DNA from: an uncultured Gemmatimonadales bacterium
Lineage (GTDB): Bacteria; Gemmatimonadota; Gemmatimonadetes; Gemmatimonadales; Gemmatimonadaceae
NCBI GenBank assembly: GCA_963793305.1
Contig: CAWBZV010000010.1
Coordinates: forward strand, 64,001 to 128,000
Direction of reading: 5' to 3'
DNA: 64,000 bases
Shown: piece by piece, positions 1 through 10,329 of the stretch
How the letters are laid out: each line of letters starts with the position of its first letter
How positions within the stretch are numbered: the first letter of the stretch is position 1
Position numbers and translations under genes: made by a program
Notes under the pieces: model-generated
The model's database searches: none
What the model was told of the DNA's origin: nothing
What the model saw: the letters and a program-made list of their open reading frames with translations, nothing else

Positions 1-314
1 CCCCGCAGGAGCGAGATCACGGTGAAATCCGCGTCCAGCTCGGGCCACGTCAACTCTGTGCCTTGACCCGCGATCTCTCCGCCCCGCAGCGCCTCGGGCG
101 TCGCATCTCGGAGACCCTGCATAAGCTGTCTCGGGATCACCAACTCGGCCCGGTTGTTCATCTCGACTATGATGGTGTCACGTCGGCGATCATAGCGGAC
201 ACTCACCGCCAAGGGCTCCGTGGCCAGGCGCTCCTCGTGCCGCCGGTACGCAGCGTCGATCTCTTCGTCAGATATCTCGACCGCGGCTTTGTGCGATTGA
301 GAAGATGATGTCAT
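1..314 (-). CDS. DUF2442-family protein (putative antitoxin-like), runs off left window edge
   Basis: Manual translation from ATG 314 (absent from ORF track): MTSSSQSHKAAVEISDEEIDAAY...AVSVRYDRRRDTIIVEMNNRAELVIP...GTELTWPELDADFTVISLL; the WPxLDxD motif is typical of DUF2442. Confidence 0.75.
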   Translation of the reverse strand, partial: MTSSSQSHKAAVEISDEEIDAAYRRHEERLATEPLAVSVRYDRRRDTIIVEMNNRAELVIPRQLMQGLRDATPEALRGGEIAGQGTELTWPELDADFTVISLLR

Positions 315-373
315 ACGTGGAACGCCTCCCACAGCGCGACGAGCGCTTCGAAATGTTCGCGGACGAGCCGCCG
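311..373 (-). pseudogene. C-terminal remnant of a DUF4160-like gene
   Basis: RRLVREHFEALVALWEAFHV* overlaps the DUF2442 start (ATGA); an in-frame TGA at 374-376 precedes it and there is no start codon. Confidence 0.5.
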
Positions 374-486
374 TCACCGTGGACGGCGTGACCGATAGCT
401 CTCGGGTCGAGCCGAGCTTAGATAGGTCTCAGCGCCGTGGCAAGCGCGCAGTAATACACGGTGAGTCGAATCACGTGTCCGGCCGG

Positions 487-1236
487 CTAGCCGGCGAACC
501 AGTGGGTCGCCTGCGTCGCGATCTCTGGCGGCACGGCGTGGCCATCGTCGAATGGGACGAACTCGACGGAGTACCCGTCGTGTGTGAGCTCGGTCGCGAG
601 ACGCTGGCCGCATCGCGCGAACGGTAGGACCGGGTCGTTCCGGCCGTGCGAGATGAAGACACGTGGGCGGCCGTGCCGCGTGCCCGGGATCATGAACCCC
701 GGCGAGTACGCAATGATGTGCGTGAACAAGTCGCCGTTTACGACGCCGAGAGAGAGCGAATAGGTCGCGCCGTCCGAGAAACCTGCGACCGCCACGCGAC
801 GCGGATCGATAGCGCAGTGCTGGAACACCTGCGCGAGCGCGCGGTCCATCTGCGCACAGTCACCGGCAAACGACCGCCCGAGGATCGCATCCCACGTCCG
901 ATCCGCCGAGCTTGGCGCGATCATGATCACGCCGGCGGCTTCCGCCGCACTTTGCATCGCGCGCAACGTGAACTCGCTGCTCTGCGTCGCACCGTGCAAC
1001 GCCAGCATCAGTGGCGCAGGTTGGGCCGGTTGGACCGTCGACGGCACGACGACGACGGTCTCGCGCCCATCGACCGTCCAGAGCACGTGGGTCCCCGGCG
1101 GCAATGGATCGGCCGGGTGGGATACCGGTCGCGCGGTCAGCCGCCCGTCGCCGGTGCTACTGGATGGCCAGAGACTCATGGCGCCGAGCGCGAGCGAGCC
1201 ATCGACGATGAACCGGCGACGGGATATCGGGAGCAC
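487..1236 (-). CDS. Tat-exported alpha/beta hydrolase (phospholipase/carboxylesterase family)
   Basis: SRRRFI Tat-like motif, LHGA, GFSDG nucleophile elbow, HGRND and terminal GH; GTG start after GAGG. Confidence 0.8.
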   Translation of the reverse strand: MLPISRRRFIVDGSLALGAMSLWPSSSTGDGRLTARPVSHPADPLPPGTHVLWTVDGRETVVVVPSTVQPAQPAPLMLALHGATQSSEFTLRAMQSAAEAAGVIMIAPSSADRTWDAILGRSFAGDCAQMDRALAQVFQHCAIDPRRVAVAGFSDGATYSLSLGVVNGDLFTHIIAYSPGFMIPGTRHGRPRVFISHGRNDPVLPFARCGQRLATELTHDGYSVEFVPFDDGHAVPPEIATQATHWFAG

Positions 1237-1241
1237 AGCCT

Positions 1242-1637
1242 CTACAGCTCCGCTTGCGGCCCGTGCGGCGGCGGCCCGGCGGCTTCGAGGTCGCGCCACT
1301 CCTGGTCCTCGTAGAGTCGCGATCGGGTGAGGAACCGGTAGCCCGTCGGGGCTTCCAGTGAGAATCCACCGCCACGACCGGGGACAACGTCGATCGTGAG
1401 GTGCGTGTGCCGCCAGTACTCGAACTGCTGGGCGCCGATGTAGAACGGCACGTCGGCGATCTCGCCCAGGTAGACGTCGCGATCGCCGATGCGGAAGTCG
1501 GAACGCGGGTAGCACATGGGCGAGCTCCCGTCGCAGCACCCGCCGCTCTGATGGAAGACGAGCGGCCCATGCTCCTCCCGGAGCCGCCGCAGAAGCGCGG
1601 CAGCCGCGGGAGTAACGGACACACGGGCCGGAAGCAT
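1242..1637 (-). CDS. DUF779-family protein
   Basis: FHQSGGCCDGSSPMC and GRGGGFSLEAP motifs; TGATG-coupled to the aldehyde dehydrogenase, its usual neighbour. Confidence 0.9.
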   Translation of the reverse strand: MLPARVSVTPAAAALLRRLREEHGPLVFHQSGGCCDGSSPMCYPRSDFRIGDRDVYLGEIADVPFYIGAQQFEYWRHTHLTIDVVPGRGGGFSLEAPTGYRFLTRSRLYEDQEWRDLEAAGPPPHGPQAEL

Positions 1638-3166
1638 CAGAAGAATCCCAGCTTCTTCGGGCTGTAGCTCACGAGCATGTTTTTGGTCTGCTGATAATGG
1701 TCGAGCATCATCTTGTGGTTCTCGCGACCGATGCCCGACTGCTTGTACCCGCCGAACGCGGCGTGCGCCGGGTAGGCATGATAGCAGTTCACCCACACGC
1801 GGCCGGCCTTGATCCCGCGACCCATGCGGTACGCCGTGTTCATGTCGCGCGTCCAGACGCCGGCCCCGAGGCCATAGAGCGTATCGTTCGCGATGGCGAG
1901 CGCGTCGTCCATGTCCTTGAAGCGCGTGACCGAGACGACCGGGCCGAAGATCTCCTCCTGGAAGATCCGCATCCGGTTGGTGCCCTCGAAGATCGTCGGC
2001 GCGACGTAGTACCCATCGCGACGGTCGCCCTCGTGAATGCGGCGCTCGCCCCCCGTGAGGATGCGAGCCCCTTCCTGCTTCCCGATATCGATATAGCTCA
2101 GGATCTTTTCCAACTGGTCGTTCGACGCTTGCGCGCCGATCATCGTCTTGGGATCGAGCGGGTCACCCTCGACGATCGCCTGCGTACGCTGCACCGCGCG
2201 TTCCATAAAGCGATCATAGATCGAGTCCTGCACGAGCGCCCGGGATGGGCACGTACAGACTTCGCCTTGATTGAGCGCGAACATGACGAACCCTTCGAGC
2301 GCCTTGTCGAAGAAATCGTCGTCCGCGCGCATCACATCGGCAAAGAAAATGTTCGGCGACTTGCCGCCGAGCTCCAGCGTGACCGGAATCAGATTCTCCG
2401 ACGCGTACTGCATGATGAGACGCCCGGTCGTGGTCTCGCCCGTGAAGGCGATCTTGGCCACGCGCGGGCTCTGCGCGAGCGGCTTGCCAGCCTCGACGCC
2501 AAAGCCTTCGACCACGTTCACGACGCCGCTCGGCAAGATGTCGGCAATGAGCTCCATAAATGCCATGATCGACACCGGCGTCTGCTCGGCCGGCTTGAGC
2601 ACGACCGTGTTCCCAGCAGCCAGCGCGGGCGCCAGCTTCCACGTCGCCATCAGCAGCGGGAAGTTCCACGGGATAATTTGTCCGACCACGCCGAGCGGCT
2701 CATGGAAGTGATAGGCAACGGTGTCGTCGTCGAGCGCGCCGATCGAGCCCTCCTGCGCCCGGATCGCGCCCGCGAAATACCGGAAGTGATCGATGGCGAG
2801 CGGCAGGTCGGCGTTCATCGTCTCGCGGATCGGCTTGCCGTTGTCGATCGTCTCGATGATCGCGATGTTCTCGAGGTTCTCCTCGAGCCGGTCGGCGATC
2901 TTGTTCAAGAGATTCGCGCGGTACGCGGGCGAGGTATGATTGAAACTCACCGCCGCCGCGTGCGCCGCATCGAGCGCGCGATCGACATCCTCGGCCGTCG
3001 AGCGCGCCACTTCGCACAGCGGCTGACCCGTGATCGGGCTCGGATTCGTGAAGTACTGCCCGCGCGCGGGCGGCACGTACTCGCCTCCGATCCAGTTGTC
3101 GTAGCGTGCGCGAATGGGAATCTTGAGGTTGGTCGCCGCTGCTGGGCGTTCGAGCGTGGTGGCCAT
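1637..3166 (-). CDS. aldB: NAD-dependent aldehyde dehydrogenase (AldB/AcoD/ExaC type)
   Basis: [46 protein letters not shown]. Confidence 0.95.
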   Translation of the reverse strand: MATTLERPAAATNLKIPIRARYDNWIGGEYVPPARGQYFTNPSPITGQPLCEVARSTAEDVDRALDAAHAAAVSFNHTSPAYRANLLNKIADRLEENLENIAIIETIDNGKPIRETMNADLPLAIDHFRYFAGAIRAQEGSIGALDDDTVAYHFHEPLGVVGQIIPWNFPLLMATWKLAPALAAGNTVVLKPAEQTPVSIMAFMELIADILPSGVVNVVEGFGVEAGKPLAQSPRVAKIAFTGETTTGRLIMQYASENLIPVTLELGGKSPNIFFADVMRADDDFFDKALEGFVMFALNQGEVCTCPSRALVQDSIYDRFMERAVQRTQAIVEGDPLDPKTMIGAQASNDQLEKILSYIDIGKQEGARILTGGERRIHEGDRRDGYYVAPTIFEGTNRMRIFQEEIFGPVVSVTRFKDMDDALAIANDTLYGLGAGVWTRDMNTAYRMGRGIKAGRVWVNCYHAYPAHAAFGGYKQSGIGRENHKMMLDHYQQTKNMLVSYSPKKLGFF

Positions 3167-3246
3167 GGACGCTCCCAGAGATAAAGAAAGGGGCGTGTAA
3201 TATGTGCGCGGGACGAGAACCGTAATAGCGGGAAAGCGGACGACCA

Positions 3247-3265
3247 CGTAGGGGAATCCCCGACG
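3247..3265. promoter_or_regulatory. 19-bp palindromic operator
   Basis: C-GTAGGG-GAATC-CCCGAC-G between divergent aldB and sulP. Confidence 0.6.
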
Positions 3266-3280
3266 GCCCCGAACCGGCTC

Positions 3281-4963
3281 GTGAGCGATCGTTCCCGCTT
3301 GACCTTCGCGCCGAAACTGCTGACCACGCTTCGGGGCTACACCCGTGCCCAGCTCATCGCCGATCTGGGCGCGGGTGTCATCGTCGGGATCGTGGCGTTG
3401 CCACTGGCCATCGCCTTCGCCATCGCCAGTGGCGTCACACCGGACCGCGGACTCTACACCGCCATCATCGCCGGCTTTCTGATCTCGGCCCTGGGCGGCT
3501 CGCGCGTTCAGATCGGCGGCCCGACCGGCGCCTTCGTCGTGATCGTCTATTCGATCGTCCAACGATACGGGATCGACGGCTTGACGGTCGCGACCATCAT
3601 GGCCGGGATCATCCTCATCGCGCTCGGACTGCTCAAGCTCGGGTCGACGATACGGTTCATCCCCTTCCCGATCATTACCGGGTTCACGAGCGGGATAGCA
3701 GTCATCATCTTCTCAGGTGAGATCAAGGATCTGCTGGGCCTCCGCATGGGCGACGTCCCCGCCCATTTCCTGGAAAAGTGGCTGGCCTATAGCCAACACC
3801 TGGCATCGATCAACCCGTACGCGATCGCCGTGTCCGCCGGAACGATCGCGATCCTGATCGGTTGGCCCGCGGTCAGCCGACGTATTCCGGGCCCGTTGGT
3901 AGCATTACTCGCCGCCACCGCCGTCGCGCAGATCTTCCATCTTCCCGTCGAAACGATCGGCAGTCGATTCGGCGCGATTCGGATGTCATTCCCTCCGCTC
4001 CGCATCCCCACGGTTACGATTCGCAGCTTCGCTGAGCTCGCGCAGCCCGCGATCGCGATCGCGCTCCTGGGTGGCATCGAGTCGCTGCTGTCGGCCGTCG
4101 TCGCCGATGGCATGATCGGCGGCCAGCACCGCCCCGATACCGAGCTCATCGCCCAGGGGATCGCCAACGTGGTCACGCCATTCTTCGGCGGCATCCCCGC
4201 GACGGGCGCCATCGCCCGAACGGCGACCAACGCGAAGAACGGCGGCCGGACACCCGTCGCGGGGATGACGCACGCGGTCACGCTGCTGCTCATCACGATC
4301 TTCGTCGGCAAGTGGGCCGCGCTCGTGCCGATGGCCTGTCTCGCCGGCATCCTCACGATCGTGTGCTACCATATGAGTGAGTGGCGTACGTTCCGCGCCG
4401 AGCTCCGATCGCCGAGGAGCGACGTGGCCGTGCTGCTCGTGACCTTCGGCCTCACGGTGGTCGTATCGCTGGTCGTCGCGATCGAAGTCGGCATGGTGCT
4501 GGCGGCCTTTCTCTTCATGCGACGGATGGCCGAGGTCGCGGGGGTGAACGTCGCGCCGCTGACGGATGAGACGCCTGACGCCGATGCGATGAACGTGGCG
4601 GCGGGTCGCGGTATCCAGATCTACGAGATCAACGGCCCGTTGTTCTTTGGCGCCGCGGCCGCGTTCAAGCAAACGCTCAGCGATATCGCCAAACGACCCA
4701 ACGTCATCATCCTTCGCATGGGCCGCGTCCCCGCGATCGATGCCACGGGCCTCCGCACGCTCGCCGATATCGTGCACCGCTTCCGACGCGATGGCACGCG
4801 CGTGATCCTGTCGGAGCTGCACGCGCAACCACGACAAGCCCTCGAGCGGTCGCCGGTCATGGACGACGTCGGAGAGGAGAATATCGCCGACTCCCAGACC
4901 ACGGCCGTCCAGCTGGCGCGAGAGCAGATCGCCGTTCAGCGCGTCGTCAGCGCCACCTCGTGA
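3281..4963 (+). CDS. SulP/SLC26 anion transporter with STAS domain
   Basis: [31 protein letters not shown]-terminal GPLFFG...IDATG STAS domain. Confidence 0.95.
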   Translation: MSDRSRLTFAPKLLTTLRGYTRAQLIADLGAGVIVGIVALPLAIAFAIASGVTPDRGLYTAIIAGFLISALGGSRVQIGGPTGAFVVIVYSIVQRYGIDGLTVATIMAGIILIALGLLKLGSTIRFIPFPIITGFTSGIAVIIFSGEIKDLLGLRMGDVPAHFLEKWLAYSQHLASINPYAIAVSAGTIAILIGWPAVSRRIPGPLVALLAATAVAQIFHLPVETIGSRFGAIRMSFPPLRIPTVTIRSFAELAQPAIAIALLGGIESLLSAVVADGMIGGQHRPDTELIAQGIANVVTPFFGGIPATGAIARTATNAKNGGRTPVAGMTHAVTLLLITIFVGKWAALVPMACLAGILTIVCYHMSEWRTFRAELRSPRSDVAVLLVTFGLTVVVSLVVAIEVGMVLAAFLFMRRMAEVAGVNVAPLTDETPDADAMNVAAGRGIQIYEINGPLFFGAAAAFKQTLSDIAKRPNVIILRMGRVPAIDATGLRTLADIVHRFRRDGTRVILSELHAQPRQALERSPVMDDVGEENIADSQTTAVQLAREQIAVQRVVSATS

Positions 4964-5166
4964 GCCATTTCCTTCGGCTCCCATATGGCGACATGCCGCA
5001 TATACCGCCGTTTCACGACCGCCCAGGCCAGGTGAGCCGCATCGCTCTCGGGCCCACCGTACTGCGATGCGGCGTGGTTGAACGTCTGGCGATAGAGATC
5101 CTGCGCTCCGGGCGGTAGGTGCCGGCGCACACCGAGTGGAAGCTCCTCATTCGTCGCATACGGCAT
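4936..5166 (-). CDS. chaB: ChaB-family protein
   Basis: MPYATNEELP.VR.HLP..AQDLYR.TFN.A and AWAVVKRRY signature. Confidence 0.85.
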   Translation of the reverse strand: MPYATNEELPLGVRRHLPPGAQDLYRQTFNHAASQYGGPESDAAHLAWAVVKRRYMRHVAIWEPKEMAHEVALTTR

Positions 5167-5213
5167 GGTTCCGTGCCTCCTCGCAGAATCGTATCAAGCA
5201 TCTGGCCGGGAGG

Positions 5214-5254
5214 TGTCACCGATTCCCCGACATGTTGTCGGCATCACCCTGACA
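5214..5254. promoter_or_regulatory. Two tandem 19-bp operators, 22-bp spacing
   Basis: T-GTCACC-GATTC-CCCGAC-A (5214) and T-GTCGGC-ATCAC-CCTGAC-A (5236) between divergent chaB and malic enzyme. Confidence 0.7.
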
Positions 5255-5276
5255 ATCGGCAGGTATATTCGATCCC

Positions 5277-6923
5277 ATGCGCGCACCGCCCGAGATCACG
5301 GGTTTCGCCCTGCTCGGCGACCCTCGGCGCAACAAGGAGACCGCGTTCACGTATGAGGAGCGCGAGCGCCTGGGACTCGTCGGCTTATTGCCCGAGGCGC
5401 TCGAGGACATCGACCGGCAGATGGAGCGCGTGGTCGATCACCTCGCGCAAAAGTCGACCGATCTCGAGCGCTACATCTATCTCACGAGCCTGCTCGATCG
5501 CAATGAGACCCTGTTCTACAAGGTTCTCATGTCCGACCCCGCGCGCCTCCTACCGATCATCTACGCGCCGACCGTCGGCGAGGCCTGCCTCAAGTTCAGC
5601 CACATCTATCGCCGTGCCCGGGGCATGTACATCTCGTTGCGCCACCGCGGCCGCATCCGGCAGGTGTTGGCCAACTGGCCCATCCCCGATGTCCGATGTC
5701 TCTGCGTCAGCACCGGCGGGCGCGTGCTCGGCCTGGGCGACCTCGGGGCCGATGGCATGGGCATCCCCATCGGCAAGTTGCAGCTCTATACGATCTGCGC
5801 GGCGATTCCACCCGATGCGTTGATGCCGGTGCTTCTCGACTGCGGCACCGACAATCCGCGCCTGATCGACGATCCCCTGTATGTCGGGCTCCGCGAGGCT
5901 CGACCGACCGACGACGTCCTCGATGCTTTTGTGGACGAGTTCATGGAAGCGGTCGGCGAGGTGTTCCCCCGCTGTTGCGTTCATTTTGAAGATTGGAAGG
6001 GCGCCGACGCGCTCCGACTGCTGGCCAAGTATCGGGACCGCGCGCTGTGTTATAACGATGACATTCAAGGCACCGCTGGCGTCGTGCTCGCCGGCTTGAT
6101 CTCCGCGCTGCGGATCACGGGCCGCGCGATGAGAGACCAGCGCGTGCTCCTCCTGGGCGCCGGAGCCGCCGCCATCGGCATTGCTGACCTGATCGCCTCC
6201 GCGATGATCGCGGATGGACTGTCGCCGGACATGGCTCGCGCCCGCATCGCGCTCTTCGACTTGGGCGGCCTGGTCGAGCCGTCCCGCACGAACCTCACTC
6301 CGCAGCAAGCGAGCTACGCGTGCGATCGCGCCCCGTCGACCGATCTCGTCGAGGCGATCCGATCACTTCGGCCCACGGCGCTCATCGGCGTCAGTACCAA
6401 AGGCGGCGCCTTCACTCGCGCCGTCGTCGACGCCATGTCGGCGTTGAACGAGCGGCCGATCATCTTCGCGCTCTCCAATCCCACGTCGCAGGTTGAATGC
6501 ACCGCCGAACAGGCTTACGGATGGTCTGAGGGGCGGGCCATTTACGCGGCCGGCGTTCAGTTCAGCGATGTCCATATCGGCGGACGGCGGTTCGTGCCGA
6601 GCCAAGCCAACAATATGTACATCTTCCCGGCGGTGAGCCTGGCTGTGTACGCGACACAGGCCAGGCGGATCACCGACGACGTGTTCATGGCCGCCGCGGT
6701 CGCGGTGGCCGAACAAGTGCCCGAGGAGGCACGTCGTGTGGGCATGTTATTCCCACCGCAGCGCGACATCCTGGAGACCGAAATCCGCGCCGCCATCGCC
6801 GTGGCGGAACGGATCTTCGATGCGTCGCTCGCACAGGTCGATCGACCGGCTGACCTAGCTGGATGGATCCGCGGACAACTCTATGCGCCGGCCTATCAGA
6901 ATGCGATCCAGGCGAGGAGATAG
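5277..6923 (+). CDS. maeA: NAD-dependent malic enzyme
   Basis: IIYAPTVGEAC, RVLGLGDLG, HFEDW, NDDIQGTAGV, GAGAAAIG, FALSNPT, QANNMYIFP. Confidence 0.93.
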   Translation: MRAPPEITGFALLGDPRRNKETAFTYEERERLGLVGLLPEALEDIDRQMERVVDHLAQKSTDLERYIYLTSLLDRNETLFYKVLMSDPARLLPIIYAPTVGEACLKFSHIYRRARGMYISLRHRGRIRQVLANWPIPDVRCLCVSTGGRVLGLGDLGADGMGIPIGKLQLYTICAAIPPDALMPVLLDCGTDNPRLIDDPLYVGLREARPTDDVLDAFVDEFMEAVGEVFPRCCVHFEDWKGADALRLLAKYRDRALCYNDDIQGTAGVVLAGLISALRITGRAMRDQRVLLLGAGAAAIGIADLIASAMIADGLSPDMARARIALFDLGGLVEPSRTNLTPQQASYACDRAPSTDLVEAIRSLRPTALIGVSTKGGAFTRAVVDAMSALNERPIIFALSNPTSQVECTAEQAYGWSEGRAIYAAGVQFSDVHIGGRRFVPSQANNMYIFPAVSLAVYATQARRITDDVFMAAAVAVAEQVPEEARRVGMLFPPQRDILETEIRAAIAVAERIFDASLAQVDRPADLAGWIRGQLYAPAYQNAIQARR

Positions 6924-8287
6924 AGGGTATTGTTGTTCCATGCGTTGCGGCCCGATCCATCGTAGCCACGCGCGGCCCCGTTGAACTGGTTGAATTGGAC
7001 CGCCTGCAGCGCCAGCCTCGTGTTCTCCCACGGGTTGAAGTCGAGTTCTTCGATCGTGCCCGCCGTTCGCGGCCGTCCCGAGCCGCTGCCCACCACCGCA
7101 CTCGGCGTGTAGAGCAGCGTATCGCGCGATCCATCGGTCGAGAAATATCCCAGACTGCCCCCATAGCGGGCGTTCGGCTGATACGAGCCGTTGATGCGAA
7201 CGGTGTTCAGGTGGTTGTGAAGGTTCGCGGCCACGGGCACGCTTTCGGCGACGAATGCATCGAGCCGTTGCCATTCGTGAATCCACGTCGAGCGCAGGAT
7301 GAACGCGCCGCCACCCTTCACCGGCCGCTCCAACTGCGCATCGAATCCGACATCGGTGTATGTGTTCGTCGGACCGCTGACTCCCGCCGGAATCTGCCGC
7401 GAGCTCAATCCGTACGTACCGACCATTCCGTAGAACGCAGTGCCGAACTGGTGCTGCAACGCCGCTCGCCAGTACGGCGTGATGCCGTTGATGGCTCCGG
7501 TCGCCGTGGAGTCCAATGGCGATGGCACCCCTTGCTGGGCCGATCGATAGCCGGTCGCCTCAACATAGACAAGGTTGTTCCAGAGGGCATAGGCGCCCAC
7601 GCCCAGCACCTGCTGCGCCAGGCCGCCATCGATCATCGTCGCGGCCACCGAACCCGGCGTCGCATTGGCGCCGGCAAACGGAAACCCCCAGGCCGGCGTC
7701 GTATTCCAGACATCCTGCACCGTCGGGTTATTGTGCGCCGTCACGCCGAACAGCAGATCCTTGCCCCCGAGCCGGAAGTGGTTCACGTAGCGGATGTCCG
7801 AGTTGTCGATCCCGAACGTGCCATCGACTTGGGCATAGGTCGCCTGAATGAATCCGCCGATGTGCGGTGTCAACGAACCCGCGAGGAATAGACTGAACTG
7901 TTGCGGGAATTCGGTGGCGTCGTTCTGCGTGCCCGGGAGCTTCTTGGCGAGACTCGTCACCGATGTCATCCACATGATCGACAGCGGGGGGAAGGGAATG
8001 AGATTGAGCCCGGCCCCGTTGCTCTTGTTCGGCTCGACGATCGCCTTCACGCCGAACAGCGAGTAGCCGTTCAGTTTGAACAACCGCCCGAACGGCGTGA
8101 GCTGGGGGAACTGATAGTGGCAGGCGCTGCACGCGAGCCCGGTCTGCCGCGAAAAGCTCGGGACGCCGCGCGCCTCCGTGACCGCCGTGTAGACGCCCGT
8201 CGGCATCACCGTGTGCCGCGACGAGGAGTACGGATGCGTCGCGTGGCCGACCACAAGGGTCGCGAGCAGTGCATGAATCGCAATCAC
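6896..8287 (-). CDS. cyc2: Cyc2-like fused monoheme cytochrome c / outer-membrane beta-barrel
   Basis: VPSFSRQTGLACSACHYQFPQLTPFGRLFKLNGY near the N-terminus, then amphipathic beta strands ending NNTLYLLAWIAF; GTG start overlaps the upstream stop. Confidence 0.8.
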   Translation of the reverse strand: MIAIHALLATLVVGHATHPYSSSRHTVMPTGVYTAVTEARGVPSFSRQTGLACSACHYQFPQLTPFGRLFKLNGYSLFGVKAIVEPNKSNGAGLNLIPFPPLSIMWMTSVTSLAKKLPGTQNDATEFPQQFSLFLAGSLTPHIGGFIQATYAQVDGTFGIDNSDIRYVNHFRLGGKDLLFGVTAHNNPTVQDVWNTTPAWGFPFAGANATPGSVAATMIDGGLAQQVLGVGAYALWNNLVYVEATGYRSAQQGVPSPLDSTATGAINGITPYWRAALQHQFGTAFYGMVGTYGLSSRQIPAGVSGPTNTYTDVGFDAQLERPVKGGGAFILRSTWIHEWQRLDAFVAESVPVAANLHNHLNTVRINGSYQPNARYGGSLGYFSTDGSRDTLLYTPSAVVGSGSGRPRTAGTIEELDFNPWENTRLALQAVQFNQFNGAARGYDGSGRNAWNNNTLYLLAWIAF

Positions 8288-8652
8288 GGCTTGGCCTTCC
8301 CATGACTCACGGCCCAGATGTAGGCCGCCACCTGCTGCACTTGGGCGTCGCTGATGCCGCCGGGATGCGACACCATCGCCGTTCCGTCGACGCCCTTCGA
8401 GATGACGCCCACGATCGCATTGAACGCCCCGCCCTTGGCGTCCTTCCACTCGTGCGCGGTGAGCTGAGGACCGATGGCGCCCTCGAGATTCGCGCCGTGA
8501 CAAACCAGACACGTCCCGGCGCCGTGAAAGATCGACCGCCCGGCATCGATCGCGGCTGGCGTTACCTGGGCCGGCACGTCACTGGTCTGCGCCGCGAGAG
8601 GACCGGCGACGAGAGCCAACGCGAACGGAACGCACAACGTGAGTGACCGCAT
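8284..8652 (-). CDS. Periplasmic monoheme cytochrome c
   Basis: Signal peptide (..PLAA/Q), CLVCH, distal Met in GTAMVS. Confidence 0.9.
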   Translation of the reverse strand: MRSLTLCVPFALALVAGPLAAQTSDVPAQVTPAAIDAGRSIFHGAGTCLVCHGANLEGAIGPQLTAHEWKDAKGGAFNAIVGVISKGVDGTAMVSHPGGISDAQVQQVAAYIWAVSHGKAKP

Positions 8653-8726
8653 AAAATCCTCAGATCAGAGTCGTCGACAGAATACGATTGGGCGAGTGGA
8701 ACGTGGTCGGTCAATCCCTTCGCTGG

Positions 8727-8745
8727 CGTCAGGGATTCCCTTACG
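8727..8745. promoter_or_regulatory. 19-bp palindromic operator
   Basis: C-GTCAGG-GATTC-CCTTAC-G upstream of cytochrome c/cyc2, overlapping the oxidase stop codon. Confidence 0.6.
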
Positions 8746-9766
8746 CCGGCTTGACGATGAGGGCGGTCACCATGCCGAACATGCCCTGCTCCGACTCCGC
8801 GTGCGGCAGAATGTGGCAATGAAATGCCCACGTGCCGGGATTCGTGCAGTGCACGAGCACATCCCACCGCTCGCCGGGCGCGATGTTCAGCGTGTCGCAC
8901 TTCCACGGCGCGGGGTGCGTCCAGCCGTCTTTGGCGATCACGGTCATCGGCATCCCGTGAAGATGCATCGGATGGATCATCATCCCTTCGTTCATGTAGC
9001 GGATCCGGATTGTCTGACCCTGCTTTGCGACCAGCGGCTCCGTCGCGGGGAATCCCTTGCCGTTCAGCGTGAAGCCCCCGAGTCCATCGTTCAGGATCAT
9101 CACGTAGTCGAGATCGACCTTTGGCTCGCTCGACGCGTCCTTCGGCTCGACGATGAATGCGCCAAGGAGACCCTTCATGACCTGCGTGGTCGCGTTGTGG
9201 TGCGAGTGGTACATGTGCGACCCCGAGTGCGGGGCCGTAAACTCGTACGTGAACGACTGGCCCGGTTTGATCGGTGGCTGCGTGAGGAACGGCACGCCAT
9301 CCTGGTCGTTCGGCACCGAGAGGCCATGAAAGTGGATCGACGTTGACTGATCGAGCTCGTTCTTGAGATTGATCTTGACGCGATCGCCCTCGCGCACCCG
9401 GATCTGTGGGCCGGGGACCGTTCCGTTATACGCGAACGCCTCGACCTGCTGGCCCGGGGTAACCTCCCACTGGATCTTGGACGCCGTGATATCGAAGATC
9501 TTGACGCCGTTCTCGACGCGCGGCGCAAAGAGGACGTTGCCCTTCCCTTCGGTCTTCGCCGGAAAGGCTTTGACGCCCTTTTCGCACATCGCGTCCATCG
9601 CGTCGGCGGCTGCCGTCGGCGATGGAGGAGGTGGCGGCGGTGTCGTCGGAGTCGTCGCGGCGACGGCTTCCGCGGTTTTCGCGCGACACGCGGCGAGAAC
9701 GCCAACGGTCAGCGCCGCGGCTGCACCCTCGCGGAGAAACTGGCGGCGGTTCGTTGCATTGGACAT
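8741..9766 (-). CDS. Tat-exported two-domain multicopper oxidase (T1 Cu in domain 2)
   Basis: NRRQFL Tat motif; HFHG, YHSH, HPMHLHG, FHCHILPH...GM. Confidence 0.9.
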   Translation of the reverse strand: MSNATNRRQFLREGAAAALTVGVLAACRAKTAEAVAATTPTTPPPPPPSPTAAADAMDAMCEKGVKAFPAKTEGKGNVLFAPRVENGVKIFDITASKIQWEVTPGQQVEAFAYNGTVPGPQIRVREGDRVKINLKNELDQSTSIHFHGLSVPNDQDGVPFLTQPPIKPGQSFTYEFTAPHSGSHMYHSHHNATTQVMKGLLGAFIVEPKDASSEPKVDLDYVMILNDGLGGFTLNGKGFPATEPLVAKQGQTIRIRYMNEGMMIHPMHLHGMPMTVIAKDGWTHPAPWKCDTLNIAPGERWDVLVHCTNPGTWAFHCHILPHAESEQGMFGMVTALIVKPA

Positions 9767-9875
9767 GAGAAATCACTCACGAATGAGAGAGGCATTGCAT
9801 TGCACTGCACGACTGATGTGCCCCCAGTATCGGTGGCCGAGAGGGCGCAGCCAGTCGGGACTGTTCCGTGAGTTT

Positions 9876-9894
9876 TGCCGGGGATTCCCTTACA
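9876..9894. promoter_or_regulatory. 19-bp palindromic operator
   Basis: T-GCCGGG-GATTC-CCTTAC-A between the oxidase and a divergent membrane-protein gene. Confidence 0.6.
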
Positions 9895-9933
9895 TTGACG
9901 CGACATGCCGGCACGCGACAGATATACTGAGGC

Positions 9934-10329
9934 ATGACCGCCGTCCGCGTCACCTTGACTCTCGCGCGCCTGAGCGGCGTCGCCGTGCTCCTACTTGGCG
10001 TCCTGTTCTGGGCCGGGCAGGCGCTCGCGTTCGTCACGCTGCACATGGCGCTCGGCGTGATCCTGGTCCTCGCGCTCTGGACGCTCGCTGGCCTTGCGTT
10101 TCGCGCCGGCGTGGACCGCGCGACGGTGGCCATAGCCGTCGCGTGGGGATTCGTTCTGCCGATCCTGGGCGTCGTGCAGCTGACACTACCGCCGGGCGGT
10201 GGATACGGCTTCGTGCGCGTCCTGCATCTCGTGGTTGGCCTGGGGGCGATCGCTCAGTCGGAATCGCTGGCGGGGCGCATCCGGAGATCTGGCGCTGGCG
10301 CCAGTCGCGGCTCGGCGCCGAGCCAGTAG
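9934..10329 (+). CDS. Hypothetical four-TM membrane protein
   Basis: Four hydrophobic segments with two membrane His residues (LHMALG, LHLVVG); GAGG before the ATG. Confidence 0.7.
   Translation: MTAVRVTLTLARLSGVAVLLLGVLFWAGQALAFVTLHMALGVILVLALWTLAGLAFRAGVDRATVAIAVAWGFVLPILGVVQLTLPPGGGYGFVRVLHLVVGLGAIAQSESLAGRIRRSGAGASRGSAPSQ

Noticed and set aside
63..308. Plus-strand 81-aa ORF
   Set aside because: It is the antisense shadow of the DUF2442 gene on the minus strand
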